Origin: Candidatus Heimdallarchaeota archaeon
Lineage (GTDB): Archaea > Asgardarchaeota > Heimdallarchaeia > Hodarchaeales > Hodarchaeaceae
DNA length: 64,000 bases
Direction of reading: 5' to 3'
Assembly (NCBI GenBank): GCA_020353515.1
Contig: CP070695.1
Span: forward strand, 2,454,966-2,518,965
In this document: positions 40,215-49,906 of the stretch, one piece after another
How positions within the stretch are numbered: position 1 is the first letter of the stretch
How the letters are laid out: the number at the start of each line of letters is the position of its first letter
The notes under the pieces: generated by a model
What the model saw: only the letters and a program-made list of their open reading frames with translations
Database searches by the model: none
Told to the model about the DNA's origin: nothing
Program-made: the position numbers and the translations under genes

Positions 40215-41393
40215 ATGAAAAATAAAATGCAAAATCAATTCAAATCATTAGTGGAGAAAATATTCGACAATCCAAATTTTCTGAGAGCTGTTCCCCTTCT
40301 ATTGCTCCCTACAGTGATAGCAGGAGTAGCAAGCTTCTTACTAGTCACTATCTTGCCCAAGAGTCTTATGCAAACTAAAACACCTGAAGGAAGGGTTCTT
40401 GTCTTAATTCCTGTTATTTCTTTTCTAATTATAGTAGGTCTTAAGTTAGTGTACAAAGATAGTTTATCTTTTCGCATTTCATTCAATATAATGCTAATAA
40501 TTGCTACAGTAGCAGGGATAGTGGCCTATACTAACCTTTATGAAGGGACTATAGGTAGTTTAGTCATTCTGCTACCAGGAGCGGTAGTCTTTGTAGTGAT
40601 GATGATCACATATACCATTCGTTCCATCCAACAACCTCTAAGCATTATAATAGATGAGACAGATAGAATTGCGAAAGGAAATTTAGCCTTTGAACGAAAA
40701 GGATTGATTGTTCATGGAAGTGAATTCGGGGAGTATGAACAAAGTTTTAGGATAATGATTGAGAACATTTCTGGAATTCTTTCACAGGCTCAAGAAGCAG
40801 CAGAACACGTTACTTCATCTGCACAAGAACTTGTCTCAACATCAGAAGAAGTCAATGCTTTATCAGAAGAAATCACTGCTACAATCCAACAAATTAGTCG
40901 GGGAGCCTCGAACCAGACCGAATTGGCTGAAAAAAGTTTTGGTGATGTCAATAAGATGTCTGAAATTGTTGATTTGACACTTCGAGATATTGAAAACACC
41001 TTACAGGTCATTGAAGATATCGCAGATCAGACTAATATATTAGCATTGAACGCAGCTATCGAAGCAGCTCGGGCTGGGGAATACGGTCGGGGTTTTGCGG
41101 TAGTTTCTGATAATGTACGTCGTTTAGCAGAAGAAACAAAGAGTAACGCTAGTGATATAAGTGAATTAACAAATAAAATTGTAACAAATATTGGGGGTAG
41201 TGTTATTAAGATTCAGGAGTCGTTACAAGGATTCACAGCTCAATCAGAAGAGTTTAGCGCATCCAGTGAGGAAGTAGCAGCTGCTACCGAGGAACAATCA
41301 GCTGGTATGCATCAATTAACCATTGCAGGCCAAGATCTCGCTAGCATGAGCGAAAAACTATCAAAACAAGTTTCTCTGTTTAAAATAGTCTGA
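40215..41393 (+). CDS. Methyl-accepting chemotaxis-like protein
   Basis: 4 TMs, HAMP, and [29 protein letters not shown] hairpin tip. Confidence 0.92.
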   Translation: MKNKMQNQFKSLVEKIFDNPNFLRAVPLLLLPTVIAGVASFLLVTILPKSLMQTKTPEGRVLVLIPVISFLIIVGLKLVYKDSLSFRISFNIMLIIATVAGIVAYTNLYEGTIGSLVILLPGAVVFVVMMITYTIRSIQQPLSIIIDETDRIAKGNLAFERKGLIVHGSEFGEYEQSFRIMIENISGILSQAQEAAEHVTSSAQELVSTSEEVNALSEEITATIQQISRGASNQTELAEKSFGDVNKMSEIVDLTLRDIENTLQVIEDIADQTNILALNAAIEAARAGEYGRGFAVVSDNVRRLAEETKSNASDISELTNKIVTNIGGSVIKIQESLQGFTAQSEEFSASSEEVAAATEEQSAGMHQLTIAGQDLASMSEKLSKQVSLFKIV

Positions 41394-41544
41394 ATGAATA
41401 TCTAGAAAGTCGTGAGAGAATGAAAACAAAGGAAAAAGCCTAAATGCGACCAAAATCAAGTATTAACCTAATCAAGGATCAACAAAAATTAAATGTGTAC
41501 TATTTATTGGTTGAAAGAGCGAATGACGGTAGGTAGATGATTAT

Positions 41545-43260
41545 ATGTTCGATGAGTTAACATTAGACTTTTTCATTGCAATCTACTCATTGCTAACCGT
41601 AACAATCTTCACTACTATTTCCATTAAACGAAAACAATTATATTCATGGTTACCAGCACTGCTTTCTTATATAATTGGTACTTTTTGCATTCTTTTTAGA
41701 TTTCAAGATCCAATCTTCAGGCTTTTTGGAAATCTTTTTTATTTAACTTCAATCTTTCTCTTTGTTGCGATAATTTATTGCGATTTCCTAAATCTAAAAT
41801 CTGATAATTTAGATAAAAGGAATTTTTCTGTTTTAGGTTTATCAGTCATTGGATCATTTTTTGTTTTCTCAATGATACCACTTGTTTCATTTATAATCAG
41901 AATCCAAATTTTTATTCTTATTCTTGTAGTTATTGCCATGGTATTGTTTTTACGTGTATATCTGATTAAAAAGACTCCAACTCATGCTTTTATGTTTCTG
42001 ACTTCTATAAGTACTACTTTCACTTCATTCACTACATTGGGAAGTTTTTTCTATCCATTTATATTTTGGGAATTTAGTTATCTCGGAAATATTGTTTTTG
42101 TGACATTAATCTTAGCAACTTCATTTGTAGCGTTATTGGAAGATAGATTAAAGAAATCGGAGAATAAATACCGAAAAGCCTTTGAAGAATTACAAACAAG
42201 TGAAATAAGATATAAAACTCTATATCAGACAGCAAGGGTAGGTTTAATAAGTACGGATTTAGAAGGAACAATTTTAACCGTAAACGAAGCAGCTGTTAAA
42301 CTATTTGGATATAAAACCATTCCAGAGGTTATAGGAAAGAATGTTTCAGACCACTTTGAAAATCCACAAGAATGTGAGGATTTAAGATTACAATTACTCG
42401 AAAATGGGTTCGCTGATAACTTAGAGATTCTAATGAAGAAACAAGATGGAACGAGAATTATTCTGGAAGTTGGATCAAACCTCTATAAAGATGAAAATAT
42501 GGACAAAATTAGAATTGAAACTGTTCTCAGAGATGTTACCGAATACAAAGAAACTGAAAAAATTCGTAAAGCACTTGAAGATAAACGTGAATCCTTTATT
42601 TCATTAACCCAACACGAATTGCGTACACCGCTAACGATTGGTTTAGGATGGTGTGATTATCTTCTAAAGAAACAAAAAGGACATTTTGGTAAAGATAACG
42701 AAGAAATTGTCCAAAAAATTAAAAAGAGTCTTGTCAGACTAGAACGATTAATTGATAATGTTAGAACCACTGAACAATTAGAACATAACATCTTTCAATT
42801 GGATATGAAAAAGATTGAATTTTGTGGTTTTATAACTGAGATTTTTAAGTACTATCAACATTATTTGGGGGACACTTTTCAGTTTAAAGGCTGTCCAGAT
42901 TATAAAATAACAGTAGAAGGCGATAAAGCACGATTACGACAAGTAATAGAAAATATTATGGATAACGCCATAAAACACACCCCCAAAGATAATCGAAGGA
43001 TCAGAGCTGAGATTACAACACATCCAAATTCTCTCCATCTCTCTATTCGGGATAACGGGGCAGGCATCCAATTAGAACATCTTGATGAAATTTTCAATAA
43101 ATATTTCAGTGTTCCAACAGAATACTCTGTTGTTGGAACTGGTTTAGGACTCTATCTTGTCCGAGAGATATTAAAAAATCATAAAGGATCAATTATAGCT
43201 GATAGTAAGGGAAGGGGGCAAGGTTCAACATTTACAATTACACTACCCTGTAAAATTTAA
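41545..43260 (+). CDS. Multi-TM PAS sensor histidine kinase
   Basis: About 7 TMs, PAS, HELRTPL, NIMDNAIKH, DNGAG, GTGLGL. Confidence 0.93.
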   Translation: MFDELTLDFFIAIYSLLTVTIFTTISIKRKQLYSWLPALLSYIIGTFCILFRFQDPIFRLFGNLFYLTSIFLFVAIIYCDFLNLKSDNLDKRNFSVLGLSVIGSFFVFSMIPLVSFIIRIQIFILILVVIAMVLFLRVYLIKKTPTHAFMFLTSISTTFTSFTTLGSFFYPFIFWEFSYLGNIVFVTLILATSFVALLEDRLKKSENKYRKAFEELQTSEIRYKTLYQTARVGLISTDLEGTILTVNEAAVKLFGYKTIPEVIGKNVSDHFENPQECEDLRLQLLENGFADNLEILMKKQDGTRIILEVGSNLYKDENMDKIRIETVLRDVTEYKETEKIRKALEDKRESFISLTQHELRTPLTIGLGWCDYLLKKQKGHFGKDNEEIVQKIKKSLVRLERLIDNVRTTEQLEHNIFQLDMKKIEFCGFITEIFKYYQHYLGDTFQFKGCPDYKITVEGDKARLRQVIENIMDNAIKHTPKDNRRIRAEITTHPNSLHLSIRDNGAGIQLEHLDEIFNKYFSVPTEYSVVGTGLGLYLVREILKNHKGSIIADSKGRGQGSTFTITLPCKI

Positions 43261-43289
43261 CCTAATACTGGTAGTGTAAAACAATCGTC

Positions 43290-43672
43290 ATTTAGAATAT
43301 TGGAAAAACATTTTTTGCATTAAACCATTATTGTCTGGGGGTGGTTTTTGTTTGTCGCCTACTCTTTATATAAACGGATTGCACAAGATCAATCAGTTGA
43401 GGACTGGGTAAAAACACGCTATAAGCTAATGATCAATTATGTGTTTTTCATTCTGATTCCAGCAACTCTTTTAATTTTTACACTAAGCCAAACAGATATT
43501 TTTACACTCAGTAGTATTAATAGCAATGGTTTCGTATGTGCTCCAATTTATCGTATGGGTGGTGCCTGAACGAATTAGATTTTATCTCAACCGAAATTAT
43601 GAAGCACCAATTGATGAAAGGGATATTCCTCAAACAGAGGAAGAATTAATGAAAGCTTTGATGGAAGGATAG
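43290..43672 (+). pseudogene. 5'-truncated, frameshifted membrane-protein remnant
   Basis: In-frame TAA at 43321 and VEDWVKTRYKL. A second frame continues ...IVWVVPERIRFYLNRNY...TEEELMKALMEG to TAG at 43672. Confidence 0.6.
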
Positions 43673-43674
43673 AA

Positions 43675-43943
43675 ATGGAAGTAGTGAACTTTTTTGGGGA
43701 AAAATTGGCAAATATAATTAATAAAAATGCTGTTGCAGCTTCTGGTATTATTAGATTCGTAATTAAAGATAGTCAATACGATCCAGATTTAATTACTGTA
43801 GATGAATTACGAGTCTTTTCTAATTCATTAAAAAAATAACCTATTTCTACAAATTGAGAATCAAAAAGGTAGCCGGTATATCAGCAGAGATGATTTGGGA
43901 ATTAGGTAACAATCAATCATTATTAACAATGATCGTGAAATGA
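43675..43943 (+). pseudogene. Disrupted small helical protein gene
   Basis: MEVVNFFGEKLANII...GIIRFVIKD...NSLKK*, resuming in another frame as ISAEMIWELGNNQSLLTMIVK*. Confidence 0.55.
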
Positions 43944-43995
43944 GAGCTGAAAGAGAGCTTAACAAATGCAGTAGGGTTCAGTTAGTTAAAATCTA

Positions 43996-44079
43996 TGGAA
44001 CTTAGCAGCAAGAATGCTAAAGTTCTAGATTCTGAACCCTTCTACGAACTAATGTCTGAATTTCTTGATAGAATTGACT
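43996..44079 (+). repeat. Dispersed direct repeat, copy 2 (~85 bp)
   Basis: Same 34-bp core at 44020-44053. Confidence 0.9.
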
Positions 44080-44459
44080 GTCCTGTTCCTTTGATTACTC
44101 CAAATTACATGGCTTATTCAAAAATAACAGAGAACTAACATATTTTTCTTCTCGACTTTATATAGTCCTACGAAACCCACAGTGCTGTTCCACCGACGAA
44201 ATGGGAGACTATTCGTGGATTTGATAGATTAAAACAATTCACTGTATGTATTGATATCTGGCCGATTCTTACAAGAGAAAAAGCTCCAGAAAGGGATAAG
44301 AGGAACGACAAATAAAGAAGTCTTGTTTTCTTCATCATTTTTTCATAGTAATGAATTTGATATGATTCCCCCTGTAGAAGTGATTGCTCATTCTAATGGA
44401 TCAATATCTATAACAGGAATCAAGCCAGAAATTCTAGGAGACCTAACTTCCGATATCTA

Positions 44460-44717
44460 TTGATTTTTATAGCTGAATGTTCTAAATCAATCAAGAAGAG
44501 GAAAAGTTTTTTGACAGTTTGCTCTAAATGTAGGACTGAAATTAGGGGAGAGAAGTACGATCGTTCGATTTTTATTCCTCCAGCGATATTCGTCCCACAA
44601 ACATTTTGTGAAGAATGTTTTCATTTAGTAAAGCAAAGAGATGAAGAATTAGTCCCACTAGTCCTTTTAGCACTGGCTTTTATACTAATCCCCTTATTGG
44701 TCATCCTACTATCATGA
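44460..44717 (+). CDS. Small zinc-finger protein with C-terminal TM helix
   Basis: CSKC...FCEECF then a hydrophobic tail. Real start may be TTG at 44511. Confidence 0.55.
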   Translation: MIFIAECSKSIKKRKSFLTVCSKCRTEIRGEKYDRSIFIPPAIFVPQTFCEECFHLVKQRDEELVPLVLLALAFILIPLLVILLS

Positions 44718-44789
44718 AGACTTCTTTAGGATTGAGACACAATTATTTAAGATAGATATCTTAACTTAATTCTATAAATCTAGTAAAAA

Positions 44790-45446
44790 ATTGTGTTGCT
44801 GATGAACATTCTAATTGTTCAGAGTGTGATTTGAAAGATCACCTGATTTGTAGATTTGATAAAGGATTTGCAAATAGATTTCTTTTGGGAAATGCAGCTT
44901 ATCGTGTCGTGGCACTAGCAATACTATTCTTGACGGGCATTTTAGTAAATCAGCTTTGGTTAATGCCTGTTTATCTTATGGGAATTATTCTAAATTTTTT
45001 TTGTTTTGGAACCCAGATTACTTTGTTTACACTGTCCTTTTTATGAGAAGAAGGGAAGAGTTCTTAAGTGCTGGGCTCTCCGTGGGATGCCAAAATTATG
45101 GAGTTATCACCCAGAACCCATCACGAAAGTGGAAAGGATCGCTATGCTTCCTTTAGTGGCATTTATTGATCTATTCCCTTTGTTAGGCATCGGATGGGGG
45201 CTTTTAGAGTTTTTCTTAAATCCCTACGACAATGTAATGATAGGAACTTTATTGATAATCTTATCAATAATCTTTATATCGATAATGATTTACTTTAGCA
45301 AAATATTACTCGGTCATGCTTGTCAAAAATGTCCCAATTTCTCCTGCGCAATGAATAAAGTTTCATCTGACATAATAAGCGCATTTCTAAATCAAAATCC
45401 CTTAATGAAAAAAGCTTGGGAAGAAGCGGGTTGGACACTAGAGTAA
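44790..45446 (+). pseudogene. Cys-rich 4-TM membrane protein, frameshifted
   Basis: C..CSEC.L...LICRF N-half (ORF 44831) and EPRLLCLHCPFY...CQKCPNFSCAMN C-half (ORF 45006) join if one T is removed from the T8 run at 44995-45002. Confidence 0.75.
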
Positions 45447-45544
45447 AAGAGTTATTTCAAGGTACTCGAAAATCGAGTAAGATGATTTTTAGAAATTTTT
45501 AAAAGTATGGTCATTTTAGACATAAAAGATAATGGAGGACCAAT

Positions 45545-46000
45545 ATGCCATTAGAAATCGGTGATAAAGCTCCAGAATTCGAAACCACAACAGAATCAGA
45601 GGAACCTGTCAGTTCAGAACTTTTGGAAGGTAAAAAGTATGTTCTCTATTTTTATCCTAGAGATAATACTCCTGGTTGCACCAAAGAAGCCTGTTCAATA
45701 AGAGATAACTATCAAACTTTTCTTGATCAGGATATTCTTGTATATGGTGCTTCAGGAGGAAACGCACAATCTCATCAAAAATTCATCAACAAATATAACC
45801 TTCCATTTCCTCTCTTAATGGATGAAAAATTAGAGCTCGCAAAAAAATTTGGAGCTTATAAACGAGGGAATAGAGTAGCACGTATTACATACCTTATCGA
45901 TGAGGAAGGGAACATTGAAGGTATTTTCGGGGTAGAGGGTCACGAAAAAGTTAAAACATCACAACACGCAGAACAGATAATCCAATTCTGGAAGTTATAG
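45545..46000 (+). CDS. bcp: Peroxiredoxin Bcp/PrxQ
   Basis: YFYPRDNTPGCTKEACSIRD. Confidence 0.95.
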   Translation: MPLEIGDKAPEFETTTESEEPVSSELLEGKKYVLYFYPRDNTPGCTKEACSIRDNYQTFLDQDILVYGASGGNAQSHQKFINKYNLPFPLLMDEKLELAKKFGAYKRGNRVARITYLIDEEGNIEGIFGVEGHEKVKTSQHAEQIIQFWKL

Positions 46001-46088
46001 AAAAATCTATTCCTTATATATAAGTGAATTAAATTCCTTTTAAGAGGAGGGAGGGATTTAATTCATTTCATTGAATTCTACTAGCTAA

Positions 46089-47054
46089 TTAGTCCTCAAA
46101 TGGGACTGCAAGTGCCGTAGGGGCTCCAACAATACTTTTCACCTTTTGTTGGGATAAAATTATTGCCCATATTGCCAAGAACAGAATAGTTGAAAGAGGA
46201 GGCATCATTTTCAATGCAGCCGCGGGAATACCCTCTGGGAATATTATTGGTATTGTCAAATGTTGGAAAGAGAACTGTAGGACATCAAACGACCCAAAGA
46301 GATAAGACCCAAAAAGAGCTCCGAGAGGATTCCATAACGCAACAACAACTAGAGCTATAACAATCCAACCTCGCCCTTGAGTCATTCCTTCCGCCCAAAA
46401 ATTAAGCCAGCTCAGTGATAAATAAGCTCCTCCAAGACCAGCACACATCCCCCCAAAAATAACACAGCAATATCTGATTAATCGAACTTTGACTCCTTGG
46501 TTGTAAGCAGCAGAAGGATTTTCCCCGACAGTCCGAATCAATATACCCACTCGTGTCTTAAATAGGATAAACCAAAGGAGAGGAACAAGGAGATAGGAAA
46601 GATATACTAGAATAGAATGGTTGAAGAAGATTGGGCCAATCGTTGGAATATCAGATAATAAAGGAATTGGAATCTTTTCTAACCCATCAAACGCTTTTCC
46701 AATCACATCTCGACCCAAGAATCCACTCAAACCCGTTCCTAAAATGGTTAAGCCAATCCCTGAGACAATTTGATTCCGATTAAAGGTTACAGTTATTATA
46801 GCGTGAGCAGAAGCTAGGACACCCCCAAGGAGGATCCCGAATAAAATCCCAAGATACACATTATTCGTGATGAAGGCAAAAGCATATGATCCAGCCGCAC
46901 TTGCAATTACCATTCCTTCAATACCAAGATTTAAAATTCCAGAACGTTCAGCGTAAATCTCCCCCAACGTTGGAATGAGGAAAAAAGTTGCAGCTGCAAC
47001 AATTGAATTTCCTAACACAGGATTAAATAATTCAACCATTAGATTCGTCTCCAT
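46089..47054 (-). CDS. Nucleoside/purine ABC transporter permease (NupC-like)
   Basis: ERSGILNLGIEG, GENPSAA, GRGWIVIALV. Confidence 0.9.
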   Translation of the reverse strand: METNLMVELFNPVLGNSIVAAATFFLIPTLGEIYAERSGILNLGIEGMVIASAAGSYAFAFITNNVYLGILFGILLGGVLASAHAIITVTFNRNQIVSGIGLTILGTGLSGFLGRDVIGKAFDGLEKIPIPLLSDIPTIGPIFFNHSILVYLSYLLVPLLWFILFKTRVGILIRTVGENPSAAYNQGVKVRLIRYCCVIFGGMCAGLGGAYLSLSWLNFWAEGMTQGRGWIVIALVVVALWNPLGALFGSYLFGSFDVLQFSFQHLTIPIIFPEGIPAAALKMMPPLSTILFLAIWAIILSQQKVKSIVGAPTALAVPFED

Positions 47055-48166
47055 GTTATCGTATATCGAAAGAAAAACTCCGCTAAAAGGACAAAAAAGA
47101 GGAGTATTCCACTAAACATATCTAAAGCTGTTCCGGGAAGACCTTTTGTCAACTTAATCGCATTTCCCCCTACAATTAAAGCAGCAAAAAATAAGGCACT
47201 AATTACTATACCTATAGGATTTAATCCTCCTAGATAGGCCACAGCAATAGCTGTAAATCCATAACCAGGTGTACTGGGAGTCAATCGTAATTGATTTCCA
47301 GCAATCTCGCCCACTCCAGCCATACCAGCTAATCCCCCAGAAAGGATCATGCTTACCAAGATGACCTTGAAAAAACTCATTCCAGCAGTCCGCCCTGCTA
47401 AGGGGTTTTTTCCCGTTACATTTAATTCATACCCGAATTTTGTTTTAGGTACTCCATTTACCGATCTAAATAGAAAGAAATAGACTAGTCCAGTGATTAT
47501 AAGTACTAAAAATAACGTGATATGAACAGGTGAGAAATCCCACTTTATATCCAGAATTGGGACGGTAAAGTCAAAATCTAAGACAGGAATTTTCCCATTT
47601 TCTGGAATTTGGGAGGAGTAGGTAAAACCAGTTTCAGGATCTCTCCATGGGCCACTAACTAAATACTCCAATATATAAATTGCAGGAAAAACCATTAAAA
47701 AACTAACTACAACATCAGCGCCTTGGAAGCCTCCTTTTGCCCTAAACAGAACAACAGGGAGAGCCCAAATTGCCCCAATAATGAATCCATTGATAAACAT
47801 AAGGGGAATCAAGATAAAAAATGGTAGAGTAGGAAAAATAAATGCTGTCCCAATCGCAGCAAGAGTACCCATCACATATTGGCCTTCAGCACCGATATTA
47901 TCAATTCGAGCCTTAAACGGAATGGCGAGGCCAAGAGCAATACAGAGTAACGTAATAAAGATGCCAATAGTATTAGGAAGCAAGCGAATATTTACCAATA
48001 TTATGTCAATATACAATTCAATTGGATTGATCCCCATTAAGAGAAAAATTATACCAAGAACAACCAATCCACTTCCAATTGCCATTACTCTTACACTAAA
48101 TGCTTTTAGCCCTATTAGAGGTAATGTTCGTCTCTGAAACAAGATTTCAAAATTAAGTATCTTCAT
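47039..48166 (-). CDS. Nucleoside/purine ABC transporter permease (NupB-like)
   Basis: NIGAEGQY, TKFGYEL, GYGFTAIAVAYLG. Confidence 0.9.
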   Translation of the reverse strand: MKILNFEILFQRRTLPLIGLKAFSVRVMAIGSGLVVLGIIFLLMGINPIELYIDIILVNIRLLPNTIGIFITLLCIALGLAIPFKARIDNIGAEGQYVMGTLAAIGTAFIFPTLPFFILIPLMFINGFIIGAIWALPVVLFRAKGGFQGADVVVSFLMVFPAIYILEYLVSGPWRDPETGFTYSSQIPENGKIPVLDFDFTVPILDIKWDFSPVHITLFLVLIITGLVYFFLFRSVNGVPKTKFGYELNVTGKNPLAGRTAGMSFFKVILVSMILSGGLAGMAGVGEIAGNQLRLTPSTPGYGFTAIAVAYLGGLNPIGIVISALFFAALIVGGNAIKLTKGLPGTALDMFSGILLFFVLLAEFFFRYTITWRRI

Positions 48167-49723
48167 TCAATTTTCCTCCTCAAGCTTCGCACCACCCATT
48201 AGCAAACCTACATTCTGACGGGTAGCATTTTCAGCTTTAACCGTTCCCATGATTTTCCCTTTATACATAACAACAATCTCATCACTTAGCGTTAGTATTT
48301 CAGTAAGATCACTAGAGATCAGTAAAACGGCAGCACCTGAAGTTCTCATTTTTAATAGTTCTTCCCGAACAAACTGGGTCGTGCCTACATCTAAACCGAA
48401 TGTGGGGTTTTCTGCTATTAGAATTAGCTCCTGATTATCAGGAGGGGTGAGAGAGAATTCCCTTGCTACGACTACTTTCTGTCTATTACCCCCAGATAAA
48501 CTCCGCACTGGAACTAATGGACTCGGAGTAACAATATTGAATCTTTTAATCAAATCTTCTGTTTGTAATGCTATAGATTCATTATCTATAAAGAGCCCTG
48601 GAGACCCCTGATATGAATTTAGAATGAGGTTTTCTCGTACTGTTAAATCTAATATTAGGGCTTTTCGACGATCTTCAGGAATATATGCTACACCTGATTC
48701 GCGGATCTCTCTGATTGGTTTATTTGTCATATCTTTTCCCCGAATCAGGACTTCCCCAGATTCTACTTTTCGCCAATGAAGAAGAGCTTCTATAAGCTCC
48801 CTCTGACCATTTCCTGCAATACCAGCAATTCCAAGAATCTGGTTTTCTTTTAATTGAAAACTTACTCCTCTGACAACCTCATCTCCCATATCATTCTTTG
48901 TATGCAAAGTTGACACATTTATAACGATTTTTCCAGCATCGAGAGGAGGGCGTTTGAGATGATATAAAACCTCCCTTCCCACCATCATTGATGCCAATTG
49001 ACGAATCCCTTCTTCTTGGGATTTCCATTTCTGTTTAGCCTGATGAGTATCAAGGGTTTCAATTACTTTTCCTTGACGTAATATTGTGATTCTGTCACTG
49101 ATTCTAATTGCTTCTTCGAGGTGATGAGTAATAATCACTATACTCTTCCCTCTTTCTTTAAGAGAAAAAAGGAGTTTGAAAAGATTATCAGTTTCAGCAG
49201 GAGTTAACATTGAGGTTGGTTCGTCAAGAATGATAATTTCAGGATTGGTAATTAGAGCCTTAAGTATTTCAACACGTTGTTTCTCCCCTCCTGACAATTT
49301 CCAAACCTTTAATTTTGGATCTAAGTCTCCTAAGTCATAATCTACCAAAACCTTCTTTATTTTTGTTTCTATTTCATTTAAAGAAAGAAAGAAACCTCGT
49401 GATATGCTAAGGATGTTTTCTGCAATTGAATGTCTTTCAATCAGACTTCCTGTTAGGTCTTGTCTTGCTATACCTAATCCATATTTTAATGCTGTAATTG
49501 GATTATTTAGTTCTACTTCAACCCCTCGTAACTTAATTGTACCACTATCTGGTTTTCTGAATAAAGTGCCTACTAAAGTTGATTTACCAGCACCATTCTC
49601 ACCTAAAAGAGCATGAATTTCCCCTTGTTTTAACGTAAAATTGATATGGTCGTTTGCTTTGATCTCAACTCCATCGCCATAGAATGTTTTGCATACATCA
49701 TGCATCTCTAAGACTGTACTCAT
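48167..49723 (-). CDS. CUT2-type double-domain ABC ATPase (NupA-like)
   Basis: GENGAGKST, LSGGEKQ, DEPT, second LSGGNRQK. Start taken at MSTVLEM. Confidence 0.92.
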   Translation of the reverse strand: MSTVLEMHDVCKTFYGDGVEIKANDHINFTLKQGEIHALLGENGAGKSTLVGTLFRKPDSGTIKLRGVEVELNNPITALKYGLGIARQDLTGSLIERHSIAENILSISRGFFLSLNEIETKIKKVLVDYDLGDLDPKLKVWKLSGGEKQRVEILKALITNPEIIILDEPTSMLTPAETDNLFKLLFSLKERGKSIVIITHHLEEAIRISDRITILRQGKVIETLDTHQAKQKWKSQEEGIRQLASMMVGREVLYHLKRPPLDAGKIVINVSTLHTKNDMGDEVVRGVSFQLKENQILGIAGIAGNGQRELIEALLHWRKVESGEVLIRGKDMTNKPIREIRESGVAYIPEDRRKALILDLTVRENLILNSYQGSPGLFIDNESIALQTEDLIKRFNIVTPSPLVPVRSLSGGNRQKVVVAREFSLTPPDNQELILIAENPTFGLDVGTTQFVREELLKMRTSGAAVLLISSDLTEILTLSDEIVVMYKGKIMGTVKAENATRQNVGLLMGGAKLEEEN

Positions 49724-49856
49724 AGAATAATCCTCAATGTCTGTGATTTTTCGGATAAGTTGTATTAGATAATTTTCTTGATTAATATTTTTCAAGCTCG
49801 AAATTGCAGAAAAAAAACTAGTATTGAAGATTGAAAGCTTAAAGCTTCTAAAATTA

Positions 49857-49893
49857 TACAAAAAGAAAAAAAAATGGGAAGAAGAAGAAAAAT
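49857..49893 (-). terminator. Candidate archaeal oligo-T terminator after the BMP gene
   Basis: Minus strand reads TTTTTCTTCTTCTTCCCATTTTTTTTTCTTTT just past the stop codon. Confidence 0.45.
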
Positions 49894-49906
49894 GCCTATC
49901 GTTTTC

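Noticed and set aside
37554-44079. CRISPR array, IS element or prophage
   Set aside because: Only two repeat copies 6.4 kb apart, with no spacers, transposase, integrase or virion genes.
44251-44463. 70-aa ORF
   Set aside because: TTG start, no motif, and located in a decayed region, so it is unsupported.
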